Translations under genes and position numbers: made by a program
Notes under the pieces: generated by a model
What the model was told of the DNA's origin: nothing
What the model saw: only the letters and a program-made list of their open reading frames with translations
The model's database searches: none
Source: Laetmonice hystrix
Taxonomy: Eukaryota
Assembly: GCA_965235115.1 (NCBI GenBank)
Contig: OZ249436.1
Coordinates: 46,626,001 to 46,686,000, forward strand
DNA: 60,000 nucleotides
Direction: 5' to 3'
In this document: piece after piece, positions 1-10,769 of the stretch
How positions within the stretch are numbered: the stretch's first letter is position 1
Layout of the letters: each line of letters starts with the position of its first letter

Positions 1-1221
1 GTTGGTCACCCCAATTAAACTTGTACTGCCATACAATTTCTACATGCTATAATTAGACAACAGTTATACTGTCTTATATTTCAAGATTTCTGGAAGGAAA
101 GTTTTCTGAAAACAAATGACTTTTTAAGGCGCACCAAATTTTAAGTACATTTTGAGGAGATGAATGCACGTGTGATCGTCACATTCATTTATACTCTGTG
201 CGTGATAATCTTATTTTCGATAGATGTCCCTGGGAGGGAGTCGCAGTTTTTCTCTTCCACCTGTCAGACATTCTGGAGTCATCAATTGTCATCCGTTGTC
301 AGTAGGCCAGTGGGTGGCACAATGGTCCAGTAATATATCTGTTGTCTCAAGGTATCCAGACATACTGATTTCCACAATCCACAACTTCCAAAAATCTGTT
401 GAAACTGATAGCAGTCTATAAAAACAGGACTGTCAGAACACATGTGAACAAATGAAATGATTGATTGATTCTTTATTACATGGGAGTAAGTCGTTCTCGG
501 AAATTATCTCTACACTTAGGACATGGATCCGCCAAGGCACTTTCTTCTACTACTGACTACTGTTGGCCAAACACTTGGAATGGCTTTTACCAAACATGTG
601 GACTAACAATTTGTCAGTAGACATTTGTTGCTATACACAGGAGCATAATGCTATAATATACTGCTACACACAGTATACAAAGTAGTATTTCTGATCAGGG
701 ATGAGAAAAATGCAGAAAACCGTCCACAGAAACCAGACACACAAAAAATGCTCATCTACAGCATAAAAACTGAAAACCTGACTAATCAGTAAAACAATCT
801 AATCCCTTCTAACCGATTGCAAATCTCTCATTTCACCAACATATTAAATCCCATATACACAGACTCTTGTCTGTTTCTTAACAATAACTGAACCAAATAC
901 ATACATCATTAGCAGTCTCAATATGGTTTTCGACAATATAGAAATAAAACATCTGTTTAAACATTAACACTTGTAATGAGTCTATGTTATTGTAGTCACT
1001 GAGATTTTCCTACAAGAGCTAAGCAAAAATGTTTCAAAAAAGTTTTTTGGGTGGGGGGGGGCAGTCGTCTCTAAAATAAAATTATGTATATTTTCCAAAC
1101 CTAACTAATTCTCAAGATCTCAGACTAGTCCTTCCGTAAGTAATTTTCATATGATTGAGTGATGCACAATCAAACAACCTATAACAAAGAGTTGCCCAAT
1201 TACACGTACGTTCGGAGATCA

Positions 1222-1540
1222 TGCTATCATCAGGATAAGTCAAGGTAATGGTACTAGTAGGCCTACCCGACAGCTATCATCAGTCTAAGTCAACGTAATG
1301 GTACTAGTAACTGATGGCTATCATCACCATAAGTCAATGTAATGGTACTAGTACCCAATGGCTATCATCAGGATAAGTCATGGTAATGGTACTAGTACCC
1401 GAAGGACTATCATAAGTCTGAGTCAAGGTAGCGGTACTAGTACCCGATGGCTATTATCAGGATATGTCAAGGTAATGCCAGTAGTCCTGGTATTTGATTC
1501 ATCAGTATAAGTCCAGGTAACACTAGTAGTACTCGATGGT
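1222..1540. repeat. 44-bp minisatellite, 3' of and overlapping the V5 stop codon
   Basis: Unit ggtaatggtactagtacccgatggctatcatcagtctaagtcaa, ~7 diverged copies. Confidence 0.85.
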
Positions 1541-2188
1541 GGATGACACCCCTGAGGCAGCTAGGTGAACATTCAGGTTCATCAACATAGTCTCGTATTG
1601 TTTGTCCTGGTACACGATCTGTGTCAGAGCTGGTCTGTTCTCCATATGTTCCTCTGTAAACCTTGCCAAGGTCTTCCACTCCACAAATTTCCCACTCCAT
1701 GAATCCTTCATAACAATGAACAAGGCCTTCTGCAGGGCAGCATTGTCTGAACCACTTGCCAGTAGCTTCACCTCTGCGTTGTATTGGTTTGCATGCACTT
1801 GGACCATTAGGTTCCGCATCATGTCAGGAAAGAAACCATCTTTCATGACCACCCAATAGGCCAGAGCTGGATATATAGATGTCTCTTTATTTGAATTTTT
1901 GTTGTGGGCTGTTCTCGTCGCAGTAACAGTCGAAAGAAAGAAGCTGATGGTGTCTAGGGTTTTTAAGACATTGTTCATATTTGTATGAAAAGAAGTCATT
2001 TGGGGCCAGACTTCTTCCTGTGTCATTTCGTCACTATTCCGCCAAGCCATTCGAAAGGCACACACATTTCTTTTAGCCCCGACAACATGAGCCAAGAGCT
2101 TGTCTTCCAGGTGGAAACGGACCTCACGGGAGCCCAACCTAAAACAGGGAAACTTGGGTTCTCCCGTGGTGGGGACATCTCGGGACAC
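1523..2188 (-). CDS. Alternative terminal exon V5 (221 aa), paralogous domain
   Basis: Acceptor gtttactgttccag|GTG TCC CGA, phase 0, open to TAG at 1523; differs from V4 by substitutions and one in-frame codon indel. Confidence 0.8.
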   Translation of the reverse strand: MSRDVPTTGEPKFPCFRLGSREVRFHLEDKLLAHVVGAKRNVCAFRMAWRNSDEMTQEEVWPQMTSFHTNMNNVLKTLDTISFFLSTVTATRTAHNKNSNKETSIYPALAYWVVMKDGFFPDMMRNLMVQVHANQYNAEVKLLASGSDNAALQKALFIVMKDSWSGKFVEWKTLARFTEEHMENRPALTQIVYQDKQYETMLMNLNVHLAASGVSSTIEYY

Positions 2189-3496
2189 CTGGAACAGTAA
2201 ACACCCGAGTCTGTGAGCAGCTCTGACTGACATGCCCGAACTACCAGCAAGTGGCGCACATTGAGTCTCCATGGTAACCAACAGCAAACCCACGAACTCC
2301 AATATGGAGACGACAAATTTGTTAAGTACCGTAAGCTGGGCACTTTGGCTTGTCATCATTAAACACTATTCTTTTGCTCTCACTATTCAATGATGGATTA
2401 ACAATGACCTAATGTACTCCCATACTTTCCCTTAAGCTGGTATGTTGGTCATCCAACTCAACCATGTACTGAGCACTATAATTTCTACCAGTTATAATTA
2501 GACAATGGTTATACCTATCTTATATTTCAAGACATCTGGAAGGAAACTTTTCTGAAAACAACTTTTTAAGGAGCAAATATTAAGTACATTTTGAGGAAAT
2601 GAATGCAAGTGTGATTGTCACATTCATTTATACTCTGTTCGTGATAAGCAATGTTCGTGATAAGCAAGGTATCATTTTATTTTCCAGATGTCCCTCGGAG
2701 GGGGTCGCAGCTTTTCTCGTCCACTTGTCAGACATTTTTGATGATTCCAGTTCTTGCTGAATTTCCACAATCCACAACTTCCAAAAAATCTGTTGAAACC
2801 GATAGCAGTCTATAAAAACAGGACTGTCAGAGACTTTGAACACGTGTGAACAAATGAAATGATTGATTGAAACTTTTATTACTTAGGAATAAGTTGTGTC
2901 TTGGAAATTATCTCTACACTTAGGACATGAATCCACCAAGGCACTTTCTTCTACTATTGTCTACTGTTGGCCAAACGCGTGGAATGGCTTTTACTAAACA
3001 TGTAGACTATTGATCAACATTTTGCCTGAAAACGTTTGTTTTCAGGCAAAATGTAGGACTTCTGATCAGGGATGAGAAAAACTGACCACAGAAACCACAC
3101 CAAAAAATATGCTCATCTTCAGCACAAAAACCGAAAACTGACCGGTATAACAATGTCATCCCTTCTGACCCTTATCATCCGGTAACCCGGTTCTAGCTGT
3201 CTGTCATCACTGACCCGGGGACATGGTGTCACCACATCTCGTATATGGGTCAAACAGCGTCATCACTGACTAACTTTTAACAACCAATCATCTCTCTTCT
3301 GGCAAATGTGCCTTAGTGACTCACAGAGTGTAGTGGGACCAGAGAGGGATTTGTTTTGATTTAAGATCTGGCCGAAGAGCGCTTGTAAGAACTGTCCTGA
3401 TTGGTCACAAAGTTGTCAGGGATTGGTTAAATATGATGTCATCTCCTGAGCTAAATAGGAGTTTTGCTCCTGTTTATGCCAGGGTGTATACGTAAG

Positions 3497-3672
3497 CAGG
3501 GCTCGAAATAACTGGGTTTGCATGGCAATTTGTGAGTGAAAATCAGCCTGTTGCAAATTAAATTAACATATGAGTCGAAATTTTTTGTGAATCAACGTTA
3601 TATATTAATGTGCTGACTTATGATCAGTTGCAATGATTGTTAATCAAATTTTTCAAAGTATTTCGAGCCCTG
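3497..3672. mobile_element. Short MITE (hAT-like CAGGG ends)
   Basis: TIR cagggctcgaaata / tatttcgagccctg; 6-bp direct repeat cgtaag on both sides. Confidence 0.75.
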
Positions 3673-4056
3673 CGTAAGCACACAAACGTTACGCACTGGC
3701 CACAGGATGGAACTTTATATACACATACTCTTGTCTGTTCCTTAACAATAACTGAACCAAATACATACATCATTAGCAGTTTCAATATGGCTTTAGACGA
3801 CACTACAAATAAAACATCTATTTAAACAGTAACTCTAATAATAAGTCTATGTTATTATACTCTCAAAGATTTTGCTAGAACAGCTTAGCAGGAAATTTTA
3901 ATTTTTTTGGGTGGCGGGTCGGATTTATGTGCAGACAAAGTTCTCATCTCTTTATCAAAATTATGTACATTTTCCAAAACCTCAGTAATTCTAAAGATCT
4001 CACACTAGTCCTTGTTGTCCAATTACATTTGGAGATCGAAAGGGGTTAAAATAAAG

Positions 4057-4372
4057 TACTAGTACCCGATGGCTATCATCAGGATAAGTCATGGTAATGG
4101 TACTAGTACCAATTGCTATCGTCAGTCTTAAGTCAATGTAATAAAACTAGTACCCGGTGGTTATCATCAGGGGAGTCAAGATACTGGTACTAGTACCCAA
4201 TAGCTATCATCGGTCTAAGTCAATGTAATGGCACTAGTACCCAATGGCTATCATCAGTCTAAGTCAAGGTAATGAAACTAGTACCCGATGGCTATCATCA
4301 CTCTAAGTCAAGGTAATGGTACTAGTACCCGATGGTTATCATCAGTCTAAGTCAAGGTAATGGTACTAGTAT
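4057..4372. repeat. 44-bp minisatellite 3' of V4, paralogous to 1222-1540
   Basis: Same unit, ~7 copies. Confidence 0.85.
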
Positions 4373-4653
4373 CGTCTAGCTGTGACGAGTGGCAATTTTC
4401 ACCAGCCAAACCCAGGAAGCTTAATGAGGGTTTGAGTATGTTACACCTGGAAGGCCGCAACCTGATGTCTCCGTCAGTACAGATGGGGCTCAGGGCTGTA
4501 ATTCCCGTTCATATCACCATCCTCTCGGTACCCCCTCCTTTGCATAATTCTAATCAGGACAACCAAAAACGGTGATATGAAACTATTATCAGGATATGTC
4601 AAGGTAATGCCAGTAGTCCTAGTATTTGATTCATCAGTAAAGTCCAGGTAACA

Positions 4654-5316
4654 CTAGTAGTACTCGATGGCCGATGGCACCCCTGAGGCAGCTAGGTGAA
4701 CATTCAGATTCATCAACATAGTCTCGTATTGTTTGTCCTGGTACAGGATCTGTGTCAGAGCTGGTTTGTTCTCCATATCTGCCTTTGTAAACTTTGCCAA
4801 GGTCTTACACTCCACAAATCTCCCATTGGAATCCTTCATAACAATGAACAAGGCCTTCTGCAGGGCAGCATTGTCTGAACCACTTGCGAGTAGCCTCACC
4901 TCTGCTTTGTATGGGTTTGCATGCACTTTGACCATTAGGTTCTGCATCATGTCAGGAAAGAAACCATCCTTCATGACCACCCAAAAGGCCAGAGCTGGAT
5001 AAATACATTTTAGTTTATTTGAATTTTTGTTGTAAGCTGTCGTCGTCGCAGTAACAGTCGAAAGAAAAAAGCTGATGGAGTCTAGGGTTTTTAAGACATT
5101 GTTCATATTTGTATGAAAAGAAGTCATTTGGAGCCACACTTCTTCCTGTGTCGTTTTGTCACTGTTCCGCCAAACCATTCGAAAGGCACACACATTTCTT
5201 TTAGCCCCGACAACAGGAGCCAAGAGCTTGTCTTCCAGGTGGAAACGGACCTCACGGGAGCTCAACTGAGAGCAGGGTAACTTGGGTTCTCCCGCGGTGG
5301 GGACATCTGGGGACAC
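4654..5316 (-). CDS. Alternative terminal exon V4 (220 aa), paralogous domain
   Basis: Acceptor gtttactgttccag|GTG TCC CCA, phase 0, open to TAG at 4654; very similar to V5. Confidence 0.8.
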   Translation of the reverse strand: MSPDVPTAGEPKLPCSQLSSREVRFHLEDKLLAPVVGAKRNVCAFRMVWRNSDKTTQEEVWLQMTSFHTNMNNVLKTLDSISFFLSTVTATTTAYNKNSNKLKCIYPALAFWVVMKDGFFPDMMQNLMVKVHANPYKAEVRLLASGSDNAALQKALFIVMKDSNGRFVECKTLAKFTKADMENKPALTQILYQDKQYETMLMNLNVHLAASGVPSAIEYY

Positions 5317-5502
5317 CTGGAACAGTAAACACCCGAGTCTGTGAGCAGCTCCGACTGACGTGCCCAGGACTACCAGTAGGTGGTGCACATTGAGTCTCCG
5401 TACTGACCAACAGCAAACCCATGTTTTATAACTAACTCCGATATGAAGATGACAAATTCTGATAAGTACCCTAAGCCGGGCACTTTGGCTTGTCGTCACT
5501 AA

Positions 5503-6400
5503 TACCCTAGTCACACTAGAGGCGGAATGAGCCGGAATGCCATCAGAATGAAAGTTCTTTGTACATTCCTGGATATTCGAAGTAAATTCTAAAAATTCTG
5601 ACTGCATTCTGAGTGCATTCCAAATATTTGGGCCCATTCTTGTGGCCAGCCCGAATGTTTTGCTCATGCTCAAAACTTTCGAAGTGAAGAAATATCGAAC
5701 GGCATTTGAAGTGTGTTCTAAATGCACCCTGACTGCATTCTAAATATTCTTACGGCATTCCATCAGCATTTGAAACATTCTGATCGCATTCGAGAAAGAA
5801 TCGAAACGGCAAGCCACTTCCGATCCTGCCAGAATGTCCCCAATGCACCTCGAATGAGCCAGAATGCACCTCGAATGCATCTCGATTGCTGCCGGAATCT
5901 ATACTTGGGATATTCGTGTTACATTCTAAGTACATTCTAAGTATTTGAGCTGCATTCTGTTTGAATTCTTGGACGTTCGAACTATATTCGGCTGCCATTC
6001 TGGGAGCATTCTGACGGCATTCGAGGTGAATTCGTACAGCATTCGAGGCACCTTCCAACCAGACTTCGGGCAGTATTTGGGCAGCAATCGAACCGCACTC
6101 GTACGGCATTCAGGGTGCATTCTAAATATTCTGACTGCATTCTAACAGCATTCTAAATATTCCTACTGTATTCCAACTACATTCGAGCTGCATTCGAGAG
6201 CTAATACACCCAGAATGTGCAAGAATCATTCGAGGCAGATTCGAAGTGCATTCCAAGTATTCGAACGGCATTCTTACAAAGCTGTAAGAATTTTGGTCAA
6301 TTTGAAATTCCCTCTCGAATGTGGCGCGAATTTTGAGAATTCTTCATTCCGGCTGGTTCTGCTTGATTCCTGCTGATTCCGAATAAGTGTGACGGGCGTA
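5503..6400. mobile_element. ~900-bp non-autonomous TIR element, rich in gaatg/cattc, inserted in duplication unit 2
   Basis: Ends taccctagtcacact / agtgtgacgggcgta, flanked by taa/tta; the empty site is visible in unit 1 at ~2351-2370 (tgtcatcattaaacactatt). Confidence 0.85.
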
Positions 6401-7843
6401 TTAACACTAATCTTTTACTCTCACTATCCAATGATGGACAGCTATGACTACTTTCATCCTTTTCCTCAAGGCAGTACGTACAGGGTTTCCTGCAGGCCCT
6501 TCTTTTTTTGCTACTCCCCCCAAAAAAATTTTCAGGGGGAAATATTTTGCATTACTCTCTTCCCCCCCCCCCCTCCAAACTCGCAGCATTCCCCCACCCC
6601 CCAAAAAAAGTCGAAAATCTCCAGAAAAGACTGACGTATGTTGGTCACCCAACTAAACATGTAATGCTATAATTTCTACCAGTTATAATTAGACTTATCT
6701 TATTATACCCATCTTATATTTCAAGATATCTGGAAGGAAAGTTTTCTGAAAACAAATGACTTTTTAAGGAGACCCAAATTTTAAGTTTGAGAAGATGAAT
6801 GCAAGTGTGATTGTCACATTGACTTATACTCTGTGTGTGATAAGCAAGGTATCATCTTATTTTCGATAGATGTCCCTGGGAGGGAGTCAGTTTTTCTCGT
6901 CAATCTTATTGAGGATGTCTGTGTGTTCCTGATGTGTGCCATGTCACAGAAACACATCTCTACCATTGTCAGTGGTTGGCCTAGTAATGTCATGATCTGT
7001 TGTCGTATCCAGACATGCGGATTTCCACAATCCTCAACTTCCAAAAAAATCTGTCGATACTTATAGTAATCTATAACAGGACTGTCACAACACGCATGGA
7101 CTGAAGAAAATGATTACGAATAAGTTGTAACTAGGAAATTATCTTTACACTTAGGACATGGATCCAACAAGGCCCCTCAGGGGTGGCCAACTTTTCAAAT
7201 TAGTCAATTGCGACAGGACAAATGGACTTGCCCGACTCTGACATCTGTATGCCCTCTACACTTGTGATTAAGTCTTTGTTGTGTCAGAGCACTAGTTATC
7301 GGGCTATTGCTTTTGGTCTGTTGGACTTTCCCGACCATGCAATCAACTTGCCCCGAGCGTCAGGCGATACAAATAAGCAATCACTGCACCTTCTTCTATT
7401 ATCATCTACTCTTTGCCAAACACTTTGTATGGCTCTTACCAAACATGGACTGTCAACATTCTTTCTGAAAAAGTTTGTTGGCACTTGCTATAAAGTAGGG
7501 CTTCTGATCAGGGATGAGGACAAAAAAGCAGAAACGACCAAAACAACTAGCGCATTGGCAACATAAAAACCGAAAACTGGCCAATCGGTACAACAATCTC
7601 CTCCATTCTGACCCACTGCAGGGCATAATTTACCCAGTATCGCATCGCAGTTTGCGACCCAATTTCACCCCTTTGCAATTCAAAAACAGCATGCTTCACA
7701 ATGAATTGCTATTCAAATCCCTTCTGAGTGGCACTGCTGCAATCACTGTGAATCAATTCTTCTGAAGTAAATTATTCCCTGCATTGGAAATCCTTATTTC
7801 CTAACACTGGTTTACAGAACTTTATGTCATTTCACAGTTAGGC

Positions 7844-8491
7844 CTAATATTGCTCAATGCTTGCTGTGATTCCAGTTCCAGCTAGACTTGCTTGCAGCTC
7901 TAGCAGCATGGCACCATACAAGGGGTTTCTGTAAAGTATTTGAGTGAGGGCTGGCTTCATGTGTACACCCTCTGTACTGTAACCCCCCAATGCCTTCCAC
8001 TCGACAAACTTGCCAGCCGAGTCCTTCATGACAATATACAAGGCTTTACGCCAGGCATTGCTGTCACTCCCACTTGCCAGCAGTTTCACACCAGCCTTGT
8101 ATGGGTTGGCATACATTTTCTTGAGCAATTCCTGCTGCATGCCATGGAACTCTCCGTTTTCCATCACAATCCAGAAACCCAGAGCTGGGTAAATTATAGT
8201 GGGTTTATCTGGTCTCTGTGTGAATTTAGAAGTCGTTGCTGTCACTGTTGAAATAAAGAAGCTCACACAGTCTAAACTTTTGACGGCGTCAATGACATCG
8301 GCATGATATTTGGGCATGTGGGCCCAGATTTCTTCCTTGGTGGTGAGCTCAGGAGTGCGCCACACCATTCGTAGGGCACACACGTTTCTCTGGGCCGTCA
8401 TAACGGGCACCAGGAGCTTCTCCTCAAGATGCTGCTTGACCTCGCGAGATGTCAAGTGGGAGCAAGGGGCCTTGGGTTCCTCGCAGACCAC
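7844..8491 (-). CDS. Alternative terminal exon V3 (215 aa), paralogous domain
   Basis: Acceptor tgtatttccag|GTG GTC TGC, phase 0, open to stop at 7844; clear protein similarity to V4/V5 (ALRMVWR, YPALGFWIVM, LLASGSD, IVMKDS, PALTQILY). Confidence 0.8.
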   Translation of the reverse strand: MVCEEPKAPCSHLTSREVKQHLEEKLLVPVMTAQRNVCALRMVWRTPELTTKEEIWAHMPKYHADVIDAVKSLDCVSFFISTVTATTSKFTQRPDKPTIIYPALGFWIVMENGEFHGMQQELLKKMYANPYKAGVKLLASGSDSNAWRKALYIVMKDSAGKFVEWKALGGYSTEGVHMKPALTQILYRNPLYGAMLLELQASLAGTGITASIEQY

Positions 8492-10118
8492 CTGGAAATA
8501 CAAACACTTCCAGTCCATCAACTGTCCATCTCTACCAGACGACACGGTCACATTGGAAAACCACAAATCTGAACACTATACCTCGTGAGGGGTCCAGGGG
8601 GCTGCCTAGGCCCCCGGTGGGGATAGGGCACCACCCCGGCGGGAGTACAGGGGGCTCTGCCCCCGTGAGCTCCTGGGGTTTGAGCATTATTAAAGCCAAT
8701 GAAAGGCTGTTTTTAAAGGGGCAGGGCCCCGGCAGGGATATAGGCCTAGGGGTCCGAGCCCCCGCGAGCTTCTGGGGTTTGGGCATTTTTAAAGCTACGG
8801 AAAGGCTGTTTTGAACCTTAAACGTTGACATTATTTAATGTATATGTTCGAAAATCGGAAGTTCCGATTTTTTGCTATCTGGAAACACGAAAATTGGAAC
8901 GGTTGGCAAGTATGCCCGTGTTTTAAGTCATTTCCCACAGTTTTTTCCAGGATTCTTTCCAGGTCATTCAACATCAAAGCTATTTTTCACTGTCCCAATC
9001 ATTATAAGCCAACATTTTTCATGTTTTTTTACCAGGTTTTTCCCTGACAAAAATACGAGTAGATAGTGCCTTTAAATAAGTATGTTATCTAAACAATCAT
9101 TCTAAGGTAAATTACCAGTACATCTATGATATGCCAACTTATTATCAGGGAGGCTCCCCACATGTCCTACACGGAGGTGGGGGCCTATGATAATGGGAAG
9201 GTAGCTCATAGTACCAAGTTATTGGGGAGGGTACATAATTGGATCCTTGCTGCCAAGATGACAACGTACACAAACAACACGTGGTCATGGTCAGGTACAG
9301 ACATGGATAATGTATTTGATACCTTAGATGCTGGGTAAAGTGGCTAAGAGGTTGACAATAATATAGAATTACACAACGTCAGGGCTAAGCAGCCGACATA
9401 CCTGTACAATTTATTGCATCAGGCAATTAACATAGAATCAATCTGTACAGAGTAGCAACCAGAGAGTCAAGCCAAATCCCAAAATAGGGAGTACTTTGCC
9501 TAGAGTCATTGCGTCATATTGTCTCATTGCTGTCTGAACTCCTTCCCGAGTGTAGGGACACCCTGAACTTAAATCATTCATGTATTTCATGAGCACAAAT
9601 AACTCTCTGGACAGCACTTTTTAACGCCTCCTTAATATAGGAGGTATTTTTCGGGAAAATCTTGCCTCCGACCTATCCAAATCGATTTATATAGCACCCT
9701 TTACTGGCGAGTAGGAATAGCGCAATGTTTGCGATGCATGTTTGCCTAAATCACTGTCCACATAAAATGATAGCAGCTAAACTTTTGTGATTGACAACCT
9801 AATGGTTGTGTCACTGGGAATGCCTCTCTTAATCAGGTCCAAATCCATGGTCCAGTTTCAGAGTAATCGTGGAGAGAAATGATTATGAAAGGACGACAAA
9901 TAAACTCCCATGACGTTTTGACAACTGTTCTACCCTTACCTGACCAGTAGAACTACACATCACGTACTGTCTACTGATCAACAACAAATGATCACCAACT
10001 TGAGTATTCGCACTGGAGCTAAGTTTAATTGTTTAATCAACATCCTATATCCAAGAGTTGTGCTGTAGCTGACTGTAAAACCTCACAGACTTTCAGAATA
10101 AACAGCTTGCATGGCCAC

Positions 10119-10769
10119 TCAATCAACAATATCCCAAACAGCTGGGAACATCATCTGTGTTAGTTTGTCTCTGGCCACATGAAGGCCCTCAAAGTCAGAC
10201 TTGCCCTGGCGTACCCTGATGAGGGGGTAGGACTGGTCACCCAACGCCAGCTTCTCATGGATGTAAGGAGTGTTGTAATCCTTCACAATGATTGAGAGAG
10301 TGGTCACCATATCAGCGAGAGTCATCGTCAGCATGGCCTTACTCACCATGTGGAGAGAAGCTCCGAGATTCAAGTCTTGGAGAGAGCAGACCATACTGGT
10401 ATGCTTGTCGACCGTGTTATCTCGAAGTACCAGCCAGTATCCTAGGGCTGGGTTCACCACACTCTGGTACATGCTCTGACCTGCATGATTTGCATGGTTT
10501 GTCGTACCAGTCAATGCAGACAAAAAGAAAACAACGTTTTCCATCTGGGCCAATACCTTGTCATATTGTTTCTGATACAAGGGTAGGTTCGCCCACACCT
10601 CTTCGTCACAGCCAAGACTGTCACCAGAGCGCGCCTTCCAGACCATGCGGAAGGCAACAACTCCAAACCCCTGCTCTACGACCGGTTTCACCAAACAGTC
10701 TCTAAGGCCATCCCTAATCCTGGTCGAGGTCAACTTTCCCCTTGGCTTACTTCGGCTCCCTCTATAAAC
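10119..10769 (-). CDS. Alternative terminal exon V2 (216 aa), most divergent paralogue of the repeated ~215-aa domain
   Basis: Polypyrimidine acceptor ttttttttattgtcttgaattgcag|GTT, phase 0, open to stop; shares AFRMVW, EEVW, FFLS, PALGYW and IIVKD motifs with V3-V5. Confidence 0.75.
   Translation of the reverse strand, partial: VYRGSRSKPRGKLTSTRIRDGLRDCLVKPVVEQGFGVVAFRMVWKARSGDSLGCDEEVWANLPLYQKQYDKVLAQMENVVFFLSALTGTTNHANHAGQSMYQSVVNPALGYWLVLRDNTVDKHTSMVCSLQDLNLGASLHMVSKAMLTMTLADMVTTLSIIVKDYNTPYIHEKLALGDQSYPLIRVRQGKSDFEGLHVARDKLTQMMFPAVWDIVD

Larger units (their letters stand above)
1..8570. repeat. Tandem segmental duplication, three units (approx. 1-2443, 2444-6639, 6640-8570), each carrying one variable exon plus flanks
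   Basis: Block gttggtcaccc...taattagac...tatatttcaaga...tctggaaggaaa recurs at 1, 2444 and 6640, followed by colinear homologous non-coding sequence and one exon per unit. Confidence 0.9.

Noticed and set aside
5317..5727. N-terminal extension of ORF 4654..5727 (likewise 2189-2359 and 8492-8566) as stand-alone single-exon genes
   Set aside because: The extension runs through intron and TIR-element sequence and is not conserved in frame between paralogues; similarity starts at the splice acceptor.
5722..6145. Overlapping ORFs inside the 900-bp element as a transposase
   Set aside because: No DDE or other motifs; they result from gaatg/cattc low-complexity sequence.
1523..10769. V2-V5 as consecutive exons of one repeat protein
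   Set aside because: Each ends in a stop at the homologous position, with no conserved donor before it.
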